DNA of 64,000 nt from Octopus vulgaris (lineage: Eukaryota): NCBI GenBank assembly GCA_951406725.2, contig OX597815.1, forward strand, positions 147,684,001 to 147,748,000, in the 5' to 3' direction. Position 1 is the stretch's first letter, and each line of letters starts with the position of its first letter. Positions 29,127 through 38,873 of the stretch are shown here, piece after piece. Below the pieces are notes generated by a model, which saw only the letters and a program-made list of their open reading frames with translations, ran no database searches and had not been told where the DNA came from. The position numbers were made by a program, and so were the translations under genes.

Positions 29127-29389
29127 TTATATGGGTGTGTGTGTATGTATGTGTGTATGTATATGTGTGTGTGTTGAGAATTTCCTTATTTACCTAAAAC
29201 TCTATTCTTCTATATATTTTTATATTTTTTAATTTTTTTATTCTTTTATTTATTCTTCTATCTAATTTACCACTGACTCCTTGACCACTCCCCCAAGTAT
29301 GATTTTTTTGCACTATGCCTACCCCCAAAAAGTCCCCCCCCCTATAAACCTGCCTAAATGTATAAATGCCAATACAATTCTTGTTAACT

Positions 29390-29440
29390 AGCTTCCTGAA
29401 GATTTCTCTTGAATGAAACAGTTCTAGTCCTGTAGAAGCT
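29390..29440 (+). ncRNA. Type I hammerhead ribozyme
   Basis: agcttc-CTGAAGA-tttctcttgaat-GAAA-cag ttctagtc ctg-TA-gaagct: 6-bp stem I, weak stem II, 3-bp stem III. Confidence 0.8.
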
Positions 29441-29455
29441 CCTTCTATATAATAA

Positions 29456-29488
<33 letters not shown>

Positions 29489-29624
29489 CACATACGCAAA
29501 CAAATATATATATATGTAGTTATTGTCAGGTTAACATGGCAGTCCAGCAATATAAGACTTATGCTGCCGTTGAATAGCTTCAATAGTTCATCGCCTCTAG
29601 ATAACTATGTGACACACAAATCTC

Positions 29625-29730
29625 TCGCCAGGATGAAAGGCAGAGTTGACCTCGGCGAAATTTTTACTCAGACAAAACACCGCTAAACATCTCGCCCGGC
29701 ATGCTAACGATTCTGCCATCTCGCCGCCTT
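29625..29730 (-). mobile_element. SINE family B 5' fragment
   Basis: ggatgaaaggcagagttgacctcggcgaaattt...ttctgccatctcgccgcctt. Confidence 0.7.
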
Positions 29731-30043
29731 AGTAATATAAATATTATGGAGATGAAATGAATTACGTGTTCGAATATGCTCATCCTGACTTCTAAAAGGG
29801 CAGTTTGAATCAGTAAGATATCATGTTTAAACATCTAAAGAATATTCTTCCATTTCATCCGCAATTATTTAAGATAAATGATACTTCTATTAACAGTATC
29901 ATGTTAGAGAAACTGCTTTTTCTACCTGTCTCCTCTCTTTTTAACACTTTTGTGTTCTAGGTTATTAGCAGGAGAAGAGGAATGAGAAGCAGAACAGAAT
30001 GCAGCAGTGGTATGCCATGCTATTGTCATACCACCCCTGCATT

Positions 30044-30540
30044 GCTGTTGTTGTTGTTGTTGTTGTTGTCGTTATTCTTCTTCTTCTTCCTATTCTTCTT
30101 CTTCTTCTTCTTCTTCTTCTTCTTCTTCTTCTTCTTCTCATTCTTCTTCTTTTGCTCCTTCTTCCACTTCTTCTTGTTCTTCTTGTTCTCCTTCTTCTTC
30201 CTCTTCTTCTTCTCCTTCTTCTTCTTCCTCTTCTTCTTCTTCCTATTCTTCTTTTTCTTCTTCTTGTTCTTTTTCTTCTTCTTCCCCTTCTTCTTGGTTT
30301 TGTTCTTCTTGTTCTTCTTCTTTTTCTTCTTTTTCCTCATCTTGTTCTTGTTCTTCTTGTTCTTTTTGTTGTTGTTCTTCTTCTTTTATTTCTTTTTCTT
30401 CTTGTTCTTCTTCTTCCTATTCTTCTTCTTCTTCTTCCTATTCTTCTTCTTCCTCTCATTCCTCTTCTTCTTCTTCTTCTTTTTCTCTTCTTCTTCATTT
30501 TCTTTTTCTTCTTCTTCTTCTTCTTCTTCTTCTCTTATCT
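30044..30540. repeat. Degenerate (GTT)n/(CTT)n polypyrimidine tract
   Basis: Seen directly; source of the poly-F/L/S/K pseudo-ORFs. Confidence 0.95.
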
Positions 30541-30743
30541 ACTACTACTGCCGCTTAAACAATCAAAGACAAGAATTCATATCAAACTACTACTAACAAC
30601 TGCTAGAACTCACAAGATTAAAAAATGACAAGACGGGTAGAAAAAACGAAAATGTCCCTTCCATTTGAAAACTATGAAAATAATAAAAAAAAAAAATTCA
30701 TTTAACTATTTCACAATTTAATTGTATTTCATATTTTACACCA

Positions 30744-30777
30744 AGTTGAAAAAGTCGCAATAACTGAAACCGGTACT
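30744..30777 (+). ncRNA. Minimal hammerhead-like motif, U3:A8 variant
   Basis: ag-TTGAAAA-agtc gcaat aact-GAAA-ccgg-TA-ct; flanks homologous to 57.25-57.55 kb. Confidence 0.55.
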
Positions 30778-30823
30778 AAAATGTTCTTCACGATAACATT
30801 ATTTTAGCATTTTCTACCTTGCC

Positions 30824-31440
30824 AAGGAGATCCGCTTGATAGAACTCACTGTGTTTTATGAAACCTGGAGTTAAGATGCCCATGTTTAAAAGAGAGAAAA
30901 CTACGCCGACTTGGCCAGAGACCAGAGAGACGCTGGATTCAAAACGAAAGCCTCCGCACTCGAGATTGGCGTTAGGGGATTTGTAGGAACGTCTGCCTAC
31001 AGCCTCATAAAACAGCTGTCCACCTCTGGAAGAAATAGGACTAGAACTATCAAGGCCATGGGAGAAACGGCGGCGAATGCTTCAAGTTGGATCTGGTCGA
31101 GGAGGAACAAAGGCTAACTTCATAAGGCTTAATTTGCCCCAATCCAAGCGAGTACCAAATTGCTATAGCCCTCACACCTGGTCGTCCGCCCGCTTACTAG
31201 AGTACCCAGATGGGAACGGGTACTTAGCCCCTCTAATGGTCGCAGCACACGTTACACAGCAGTGTGGGAAACCAGACAAAACCAATCCCACCTAAGGCGT
31301 ACTAAAACGGACAGCAGGTGAACATCTAGAAGTTATGATAGGTAGGGGCCCGACGTCCCTAGAGTGTCAGGAATTAAGGGCCGAAAAACTTGCCTAAAAG
31401 GGGTTTCTCCTCTGAGGACCAACTGCTGTTACGCTGTCCC
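30824..31440 (+). pseudogene. 3' fragment of an RLE-type (HERO/R2-superfamily-like) non-LTR retrotransposon with 3' UTR
   Basis: LIELTVFYE...K.ENYADL...GF....LEIGVRGF...ASSWIWSRR, the typical restriction-like endonuclease C-terminus. Confidence 0.7.
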
Positions 31441-31831
31441 CGATATTTATTTCCAATATATATGTAAAGTCGCATGGCATAGGGATATGAGTGTTTCACA
31501 CACAATTGTGAGTGTAGTTACTTCGATTCCCTAGTCGGGTATGGCGTGGTGTTCTTTAGTATAACACTTCATTGAAAGTGTTTTTGCTATTGTTTCATTG
31601 TCTCACATGTGGCACATCGCGCACCTTTACAGGTGATGTGAATTTCATAAAGGGAATGAGGTTATGTGATCACCATAAACATATAATCTATATGGTTGTT
31701 CAGCAAGGAACTGTAGAGCACTCATACGTCGGGTATATAGGAGAATCCATAATGATGATGATAATGACGACGTGAAATTATTGTTGCTGCTGCTGATGTT
31801 GATGATATATACATACATACATACATACATA

Positions 31832-32237
31832 GGCGCAGGAGTGGCTGTGTGGTAAGTAGCTTGCTAACCAACCACATGGTTCTGGGTTCAGTCCCACTCC
31901 GTGGCACCTTGGGCAAGTGTCTTCTACTTTAGCCTCGGGCCGACCAAAGCCTTGTGAGTGGACTTGGTAGACGGAAACTGAAAGAAGCCCGTCGTATATA
32001 TGTATATATATATGCGTGTGTGTTTGTGTGTGTCTGTGTTTGTCCCCCTAGTATTACTTGACAACCGATGCTGGTGTGTTTATGTCCCCGTTACTTAGCG
32101 GTTCGGCAAAAAGAGACCGATAGAATAAGTACTGGGCTTACAAAAGAATAAGTCCCGGGTCGAGTTGCTCGATTAAAGGCGGTGCTCCAGCATGGCCGCA
32201 GTCAAATGACTGAAACAAGTAAAAGAGTAAAGAGTAA
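31832..32237 (+). mobile_element. SINE family A, well-preserved copy
   Basis: Full head, core and tail, near-identical to 22783-23195. Confidence 0.92.
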
Positions 32238-32330
32238 TACATACACACACACACACACACGTGACCTCGTGAGTGCCACTGGCGATTTTTCTCCTCTGTC
32301 TTCCCTTCTCGGGATCTTTCCTTCTCCTAT

Positions 32331-32365
32331 GTTTCCGACGAAGAGCTCCGCTGGAAACGTTAAAC
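32331..32365 (+). ncRNA. Degenerate minimal hammerhead-like motif in a short repeat
   Basis: gttt-CCGACGA-agagctccgctg-GAAA-cg-TT-aaac; U4>C change and a stem II mismatch. Confidence 0.4.
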
Positions 32366-32526
32366 CCTCCTTCTACCCTTCTTTCCTGAGCGTCCAATAA
32401 TACTTTATTTGTCCCACATCCTCGCGTTGTTGTGATCTTTTGCTTTTTTGTGTTTTCTTGTTTAGATTATATATATATATATATATATATATATGAGTGA
32501 GAATGAAGCAACAAGAATGGATAGGT

Positions 32527-32617
32527 TTTTAGTACAATCGTTTCATACAAGGACAGGTTTTATTAAAAGTTGCAAAAATTACAGCATATAAACGTGTCCC
32601 GTACTCATCAGCTAAAA
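32527..32617 (-). ncRNA. Hammerhead ribozyme in the 3' pLTR
   Basis: Reverse complement of 36560-36650. Confidence 0.82.
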
Positions 32618-34083
32618 TACATGTGAGTTCTCTAGACATCCTAGTGGTTGAGGCTATACTCATGAAGTAATGTAGATAATTAAGTAACATAAACAGATTT
32701 CAAAAGTTCATTAAAGTTCTTTAAAGATGATGTACAGTCTTATCACAGAATTTAAAAAAAAATCTTAATAGCATCACAGAGGAGGTGACCTAATCCATAG
32801 TGCACATGTGAATTTCCAGAGATATGATGAGGGGTTACATACTCACAGAAGACAAATTTATCCATTGTTAATTACAACGAGGTGGGTTTCAATTCCTGCT
32901 TATTAGCATTACAGAGAGGGTGAATTAATCCTTTGTATAGATGCACAATTTCCAATGGTGTAGATGTAAATTTCCAAGGAATTTCATATTCACAGGCGAT
33001 AAATTTATCAATGGTTGAACACAATGAGGTAGGTATCAATTCTTGTTATATGATTAGGTATTTGCCACATTAATCACATTACTGCTATTTACAAGAGGCC
33101 GTAGCTATTTAACTTTTAAAGGCTGAAGGGCTTTCTAGAGCTGTATAGAATAGAAAAGGGAAGGGAATAGAAGAAGAGAGAGAAAATAAAGGAGGAGGGA
33201 GCAAAAAGGGGGGGAAGGGGGACTCAAAGAGAAGAGAAAAGGAAAAAGAGAATAAGAAGAAAAAGAAAAAAGAGAAAAGAGAAAGAAATAGGGAAGGAAG
33301 GGAAAAAAGAAAAAAGAGGAAAGAAGAAAGAAAAAGAAAAAAAGAGGGTTCTAGTTATACAGAAGAATTAGTAGACGGCAAGTCTGGTTTTAATTTACAG
33401 GCATCTAGGAATTATAGGAGAATATTATTCTTTGACCAGTAAAACTGCTAATTTATTGCTGTTGGAATCAGCTATGAATTTAAAGAGAATCTAAAGAGAT
33501 AACACAGTTAGGGGTTTAGAGGTCAGATGCTAAAATCACCAGAAAATACATTAGGAAAAACTAGGTATAATCTTATCAAAAAGTCATTAAAATTTACTTA
33601 TTTAATTTATTCATTTTATTGTCTTAAGGAGTTGCCGTTATTATTCATACATTGACGGACTACAGGTCAAATCTTAGAAGATCATTTAAAAGGTGTTAGG
33701 GGATTGTCTATCATAATGAAGATAATCATATTATCACCGAGGGAATAGCCTTATTTATTTAATTTTGAAATAGAATTATGGGTCTATAGTAACTCAATTT
33801 AATTAATTAGAGTTATGCTAATTTAATTAGATTGAGTTAGGAATTAAAATTAAAAATTACAATTAAGATTTAAAATTAAGAACTTAAAAATTGTGAGTTT
33901 GAAATTAAATAAGCCTCAATTAAGCAGCGAATGAGTGCTATTCATTTCCCTGTTCTCAAAAAACTGATGCAGATATAAGGAAAAAGATAAATGTAGTGTG
34001 AGAACTCTTAGTTATCTACTTAAAGCAGTGCTATACCAGTAGAAATCAAGTTATATCTATCTATCTAGTTAAGAATATTCTAA

Positions 34084-36045
34084 TCATTTAAAATATTTTA
34101 AAGTCTTCAATTTAGCGTGGACACAAACTTGACCTAGTTCGATATGGTTATTCAATAGGTTTCTATGTTTTCTATGCTTTAGAATTTCATATGTTTCCAT
34201 GGAGCATAGTTGACAACCAACCCTACTATTTTTATACGGAATTGCTCTCCTAACTATTTCCCAATTAAGGTTATAATTTTTATTATTATTTTTGAGTTCC
34301 CAGATTTTGTTTGAAAGTGTGGTGGTACCAGCTTTATGACGTAATTTAAAAGTCGAGATGTGATTTCTAACTCTAGCTAAAAAATTAATTGTACATCCAA
34401 TGTAACAATATTTGTTATTCTCCGTGGATATGGTACATTTATAGATTACATTATTTTCCCCACATAGACCAGGTGCCGGGCATTTTGATTTTATTCTACA
34501 CTTACACACAGGAGGAACACCTTCAGGCTTTGGATTATTCTTGGGTAGATGTTTTAGGTTCCTATTATTTTGATTATCATTTCTATAGTTGGTGCTGATA
34601 TCTAAAGTATTGCTATTATTTCTTGATCCTTCTGTTTCATCATTTAGCTCTAAAGTCCTACCATGATTTCTTATATTATTGGTAATGTTAATATTATTGC
34701 TAGTCTTTTTATCCGACTGCATATTGTTGTTATAGATATCACTAATATTTTCATTCTTCTTATTTTCTCTATTATCCCTATTTCTATTATTTCTATTATT
34801 AACATTATTACTTCTATTAATATCGGCATTGCTATTATTACTATTAATGTTAATGTTATTAGTCATTCTGTGGTTACTAATTTCACCTATGTTTTGATAG
34901 TTACTATTGCTGTTTTTATTGTTGGTAGTATTATTACAATTGCTATTGGTATTCATGCTGATATTATTATTTTTATTTCTATCTTTCCTGGCTAGTTTAA
35001 TGTTGTTATTATTAATCTTAGCTATTAAAGTGGACATATTTGGGAGGGTTGAATAAGAAATCCTAACTGTTTTCCTAGAAATAATTCTATGATATCTATG
35101 AGAGATAGGGACATTTTTTTCCAAAATCACTTTGAATTTGTTCTGTATATCCGATTGTATCGCACAGTTGAAAGGAATATTCAGCCATAATATATCTTTT
35201 TTATTAAATTTAGGGTTCGTAGAATTATTACTATTCATCTCACCGGAGTTATTGTATTTATTACCATTATTTTTATCTTTATTTGTGTGCATCTTAGGTT
35301 TATCTACTTCAATATTATCCGAGTTACCTATGTTCTGGTCAATGTTTCTATTTGAATTGTTGGGCCTGTACGCTAGATTAGCGTTTACCGTTAGTTTAAT
35401 TCTACTTTTATTTCGGGCTTGGTCTTTATTGCTGCTTACGTGATTATTGATAACTTCATTATTAGGAATACGTGAGTTCCCCTTATCAACGAATGTAATC
35501 TTTTGGTTGTATCCAGCCTTAGTTAACGCCGCATTATAATGCTCAAAATGGGAGTTAAAAATATCCTTATTGGATGATAATTTTGAAATTCTTAATGAAA
35601 TATTTCTTACTAAAGATTCTATAATATTTGGGGGATGATTTGATAATTTATTTACGTAATTCGTGATTTCGCCTTCCTTTCTAAATGGGTGATGTAGCTT
35701 GGAGTTAAGGTCTAGCGTAATATCTAGGAAATTAACTATTTTAGTGCCCGGTTCATACGTTATACTGAGGTTGAAATCCCTAAAGAACTTATTAATTTTC
35801 TTTCTAATCCTTTCTATAACAGATTTATTATTACTAGGGATAACAAACAGAGCATCATCCCTATATAGACCCCCCTGTAATTCTGGGATATCCTTGCTTA
35901 TGCATTTTAATAGATATGCGCCTACTAGATTGGTTACCTCAGCCGAATCACTGGAACCCATTGGTATATCAAAAAAATTAGGTGTATCTGCTCTAGTCCA
36001 TAATTTATCTTCAAATTCTATAAATGTCTTCCTAGCTAGTAGCAC
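34084..36045 (-). CDS. Penelope-like RT + Asn-rich linker + GIY-YIG endonuclease (main frame)
   Basis: FDIPMGS, GLYRDD, VNFLDITL, SNHPP; CKC..CP..GLC, VIYKC..YIG, CQLCSME, C-terminal CVH. Confidence 0.92.
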   Translation of the reverse strand: MLLARKTFIEFEDKLWTRADTPNFFDIPMGSSDSAEVTNLVGAYLLKCISKDIPELQGGLYRDDALFVIPSNNKSVIERIRKKINKFFRDFNLSITYEPGTKIVNFLDITLDLNSKLHHPFRKEGEITNYVNKLSNHPPNIIESLVRNISLRISKLSSNKDIFNSHFEHYNAALTKAGYNQKITFVDKGNSRIPNNEVINNHVSSNKDQARNKSRIKLTVNANLAYRPNNSNRNIDQNIGNSDNIEVDKPKMHTNKDKNNGNKYNNSGEMNSNNSTNPKFNKKDILWLNIPFNCAIQSDIQNKFKVILEKNVPISHRYHRIISRKTVRISYSTLPNMSTLIAKINNNNIKLARKDRNKNNNISMNTNSNCNNTTNNKNSNSNYQNIGEISNHRMTNNININSNNSNADINRSNNVNNRNNRNRDNRENKKNENISDIYNNNMQSDKKTSNNINITNNIRNHGRTLELNDETEGSRNNSNTLDISTNYRNDNQNNRNLKHLPKNNPKPEGVPPVCKCRIKSKCPAPGLCGENNVIYKCTISTENNKYCYIGCTINFLARVRNHISTFKLRHKAGTTTLSNKIWELKNNNKNYNLNWEIVRRAIPYKNSRVGCQLCSMETYEILKHRKHRNLLNNHIELGQVCVHAKLKTLKYFK

Positions 36046-36393
36046 AATATTGATTTCTTCCCCTTAGATATGAGGGAGTGATTCATGGCAAATATTAGTG
36101 ATTTGTTGAGTAAGATAGGGGAAATGCTAGAGTAATAACTATTAATATCGAACTGAATAAAGGACAGACTACTAGTATTAGTTAGAGAGTTAAACCATTT
36201 TAGAACTTCATCGGTACTTAGCCATAGGTTTAAGGGGAGAAGAGGGGTTATTTGGGGTAGAACAGTATCCAATAGATTTACTAAGTCGGCCAATGTCCGA
36301 CTTAGTTGGACAGATCAGCCTTACCGAAGGGTTTTCCAAGAAGTTCTTTTTGTGGTATTTAAGGTTGATTCTGGGCTCACACGGTTTAAGTGG
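36036..36393 (-). pseudogene. Frameshifted N-terminal part of the Penelope RT
   Basis: LKYHKKNFLENPSVRLICPTKSDIGRLSK, then LWLSTDEVLKWF and FIQFDINSYYSSI; frame changes near 36280 and 36060. Confidence 0.8.
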
Positions 36394-36559
36394 CTCCTCT
36401 GTGATGCTATTAAGACTTTTTTAAAATTCTGTGATAAGACCGTACATCATCTTTAAAGAACTTTAATGAACTTTTGAAATCTGTTTATGTTACTTAATTA
36501 TCTACATTACTTCATGAGTATAGCCTCAACCACTAGGATGTCTAGAGAACTCACATGTA

Positions 36560-36650
36560 TTTTAGCTGATGAGTACGGGACACGTTTATATGCTGTAATT
36601 TTTGCAACTTTTAATAAAACCTGTCCTTGTATGAAACGATTGTACTAAAA
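36560..36650 (+). ncRNA. Hammerhead ribozyme in the inverted 5' pLTR
   Basis: ttttag-CTGATGA-gtacgggaca...tgtccttgtat-GAAA-cgattg-TA-ctaaaa. Confidence 0.85.
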
Positions 36651-36797
36651 ACCTATCCATTCTTGTTGCTTCATTCTCACTTATAATCACCCCACATTAC
36701 TGTATTGTTAAATCAGTATAGTTTTTTTTGGTGCATCTAAGTTAGGTACCATATTCAAGTAAATTCATTTAAATTAACTTGAATATTTATTGCTTTT

Positions 36798-36855
<58 letters not shown>

Positions 36856-37256
36856 TCGGATTACTATCAAACCGTATATTTAACTAGAGTCTTCTACAAA
36901 TATATATATACAGCATGAAATGTCTAAATTGTCGCAATTTGTTATTATTAATTTTGCGCATGTGCACTTTTTTGGGTGTTGTCAACTGCACCGAATAGTA
37001 CGCTCAGTGAGGAACCGTTTGTGAGAAAAACAGCACCATGACGCAATACCCCAACCTAACCTAGGTGACCGTTCAGAAGAGTTGCACAGGTGATTCAGAC
37101 ATCATCTGGAGTTTGTGGCTGTAGCCAATCGCCATTTTATTGAATACATTTACTTTTTTATATTCCAAGAATCCAAGGATCTCTTGTTTAATTTGGGTAA
37201 ATATATCTGTTAAAATGTGACGTGAGTGCCATTTTAATTTTTGTGTAAATTAGACG

Positions 37257-37306
<50 letters not shown>

Positions 37307-37666
37307 TATACAATATATATATACATATATGTGTGTGCGTGTGTAGCCCATACTAGCACTGACCACTCCCAACACACACACCACACAATACCGCGCCACA
37401 TCACATCACAACACCCCACACACACTAGTACTGACCACTTCCCAGCACCAACATCATCATCCACATACCCATACATTACAGACGCACACAACTACACACT
37501 CACAGAAACGCGCACGCACACCTTCGTTTTGGGATCACCAGTACTTTATTGTCTCCCCTTCTTCCTCGGTCTCCTGTCTAACCACCTCTGTCCAGCCAGC
37601 CGCCACGATTAATCGCTGACCGCTAAAGGTTTTAAATATTCTCTCTCTGCGTATTTTCTCGCGTTC

Positions 37667-37702
37667 CTTTCTGTAGAAGAGAGTAGGCTCGAAATGTGAA
37701 AG
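37667..37702 (+). ncRNA. Degenerate hammerhead-like motif (same repeat family as 44087)
   Basis: cttt-CTGTAGA-agagagtaggctc-GAAA-tgtg-aaag. Confidence 0.35.
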
Positions 37703-37964
37703 ACTTTCGCACCTTCCTGAGTTTTAAACTAATACACGTATCTGTTGTTTATACACCTATCTTCGCCTATATACACCTATATATATATATAACACCAGGG
37801 TGTTAGAAAGCCAACATTTCTAGAAATAAGAATAAAGCTCTAATGATGTAGTTAAAGCACTTAATTATATGCATATGTACCGTAATCGCCCACCTAAAAG
37901 CACCGTTCGAGAATTCCCTGTACTGATCGATCAGTTTCGGCTAATTATATATACATAGAAATAT

Positions 37965-38369
37965 ACAACCGAGCAATTATGGAATGCCCTTCAGGAAGAA
38001 TTGAATAAGATCACCTTGCAAGAAATTGAAAATTTAATTTCCTCATGCAGTTGAAGATGTCAAAGTCTGATTGAAGCTAAAGAGCTTCACACTAAATATT
38101 AAATAATTCCAGTATTCTCTGTCATTTTTGATTATTTTGTTATTTTTTCAACCGTTCTGATCATTTTGGCCGCCATGGGTTTTGCAGTAAATCCCTAAAT
38201 CATCCATAACTTTTGTATTATCCTTTTAAATTACATTAAAATCTCAGACAATAATAATTGATATTGTATTTATTGTCTGTGAAAATTATAGAATATAAAA
38301 CAACTTTGATAAAAACTTATACCTACTTTTCTGGCGAAAACGATGCCGTTCTGAACATTTTGACCGCAA

Positions 38370-38372
<3 letters not shown>
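37965..38372 (+). mobile_element. Tc1/mariner 3' end: transposase C-terminus and right TIR with inner direct repeat
   Basis: QLWNALQEELNKI...NLISSCS*RCQSLIEAKELHTKY*; end reads ccgttctgaacattttgaccgcaactg|TA with an inner copy near 38151-38174. Confidence 0.8.
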
Positions 38373-38445
<73 letters not shown>

Positions 38446-38490
38446 ATATATATATTTTCATTTATTTATTTATTCAATTGTTTATTTATT

Positions 38491-38775
38491 TGTGCAATTG
38501 ACCAGTGGTTAGGGCAGCGGACTCACCGTTTCAATTCCCAGATCGGGCGTTCTGTGTGTTTATTGAGCGTAAACACCTAAAGATCCACGAGGCTGCTGTA
38601 GGGGGATAGCGACCCCTGTTGTGCTCTTTCACCCCAACTTTCTCTCACTCTTTCTTCCTGTTTATTGAGTAACGCTTCGATGGACTAGCGTCTCGTCCAG
38701 CGGGGGGGAACACATACGCCATAGTAACCGTGAAACCGGGCACGTGAGACTGGCTATGCTTGAAAATGGAGCCTA
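38491..38775 (+). mobile_element. tRNA-derived SINE family C with a V-domain-like segment
   Basis: Head tgaccagtggttagggcagcggact; cgatggactagcgtctcgtccag segment; gaaaccggg near the 3' end. Confidence 0.6.
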
Positions 38776-38841
38776 AAAAATTATATATATATATATATAT
38801 AATTTTGTATGTATGTATATATATCTACTTATATATCTCTG

Positions 38842-38873
<32 letters not shown>

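Larger units (their letters stand above)
27237..29457. mobile_element. Large non-coding fold-back Penelope-type element (arms about 27304-28103 and 28661-29457; left-hand tail 27237-27303)
   Basis: About 800-bp inverted repeat that includes a complex CA/TA tract; hammerhead in both arms; TA flanks. Confidence 0.85.
32496..36800 (-). mobile_element. Penelope-like element (Naiad-like), 5'-truncated, with inverted pLTRs (32496-32784 and 36394-36681 plus tail)
   Basis: About 290-bp inverted repeats flanking an RT/GIY-YIG ORF; TA tracts on both sides; hammerheads in the repeats. Confidence 0.92.

Noticed and set aside
29982-30628. Poly-F/L/S/K ORFs of about 200 aa
   Set aside because: Frames of a CTT repeat; no coding evidence
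34084-34086. TGA stop of the Penelope ORF as possible selenocysteine
   Set aside because: Not at a conserved Cys position, and no SECIS was recognisable by eye
37913-37998. Apparent full hammerhead on the minus strand (CTGAAGG ... GAAA-ctgatcgatcag-TA)
   Set aside because: The CTGAAGG half lies in Tc1 coding sequence (ALQE); only the 3' half may be a real truncated ribozyme
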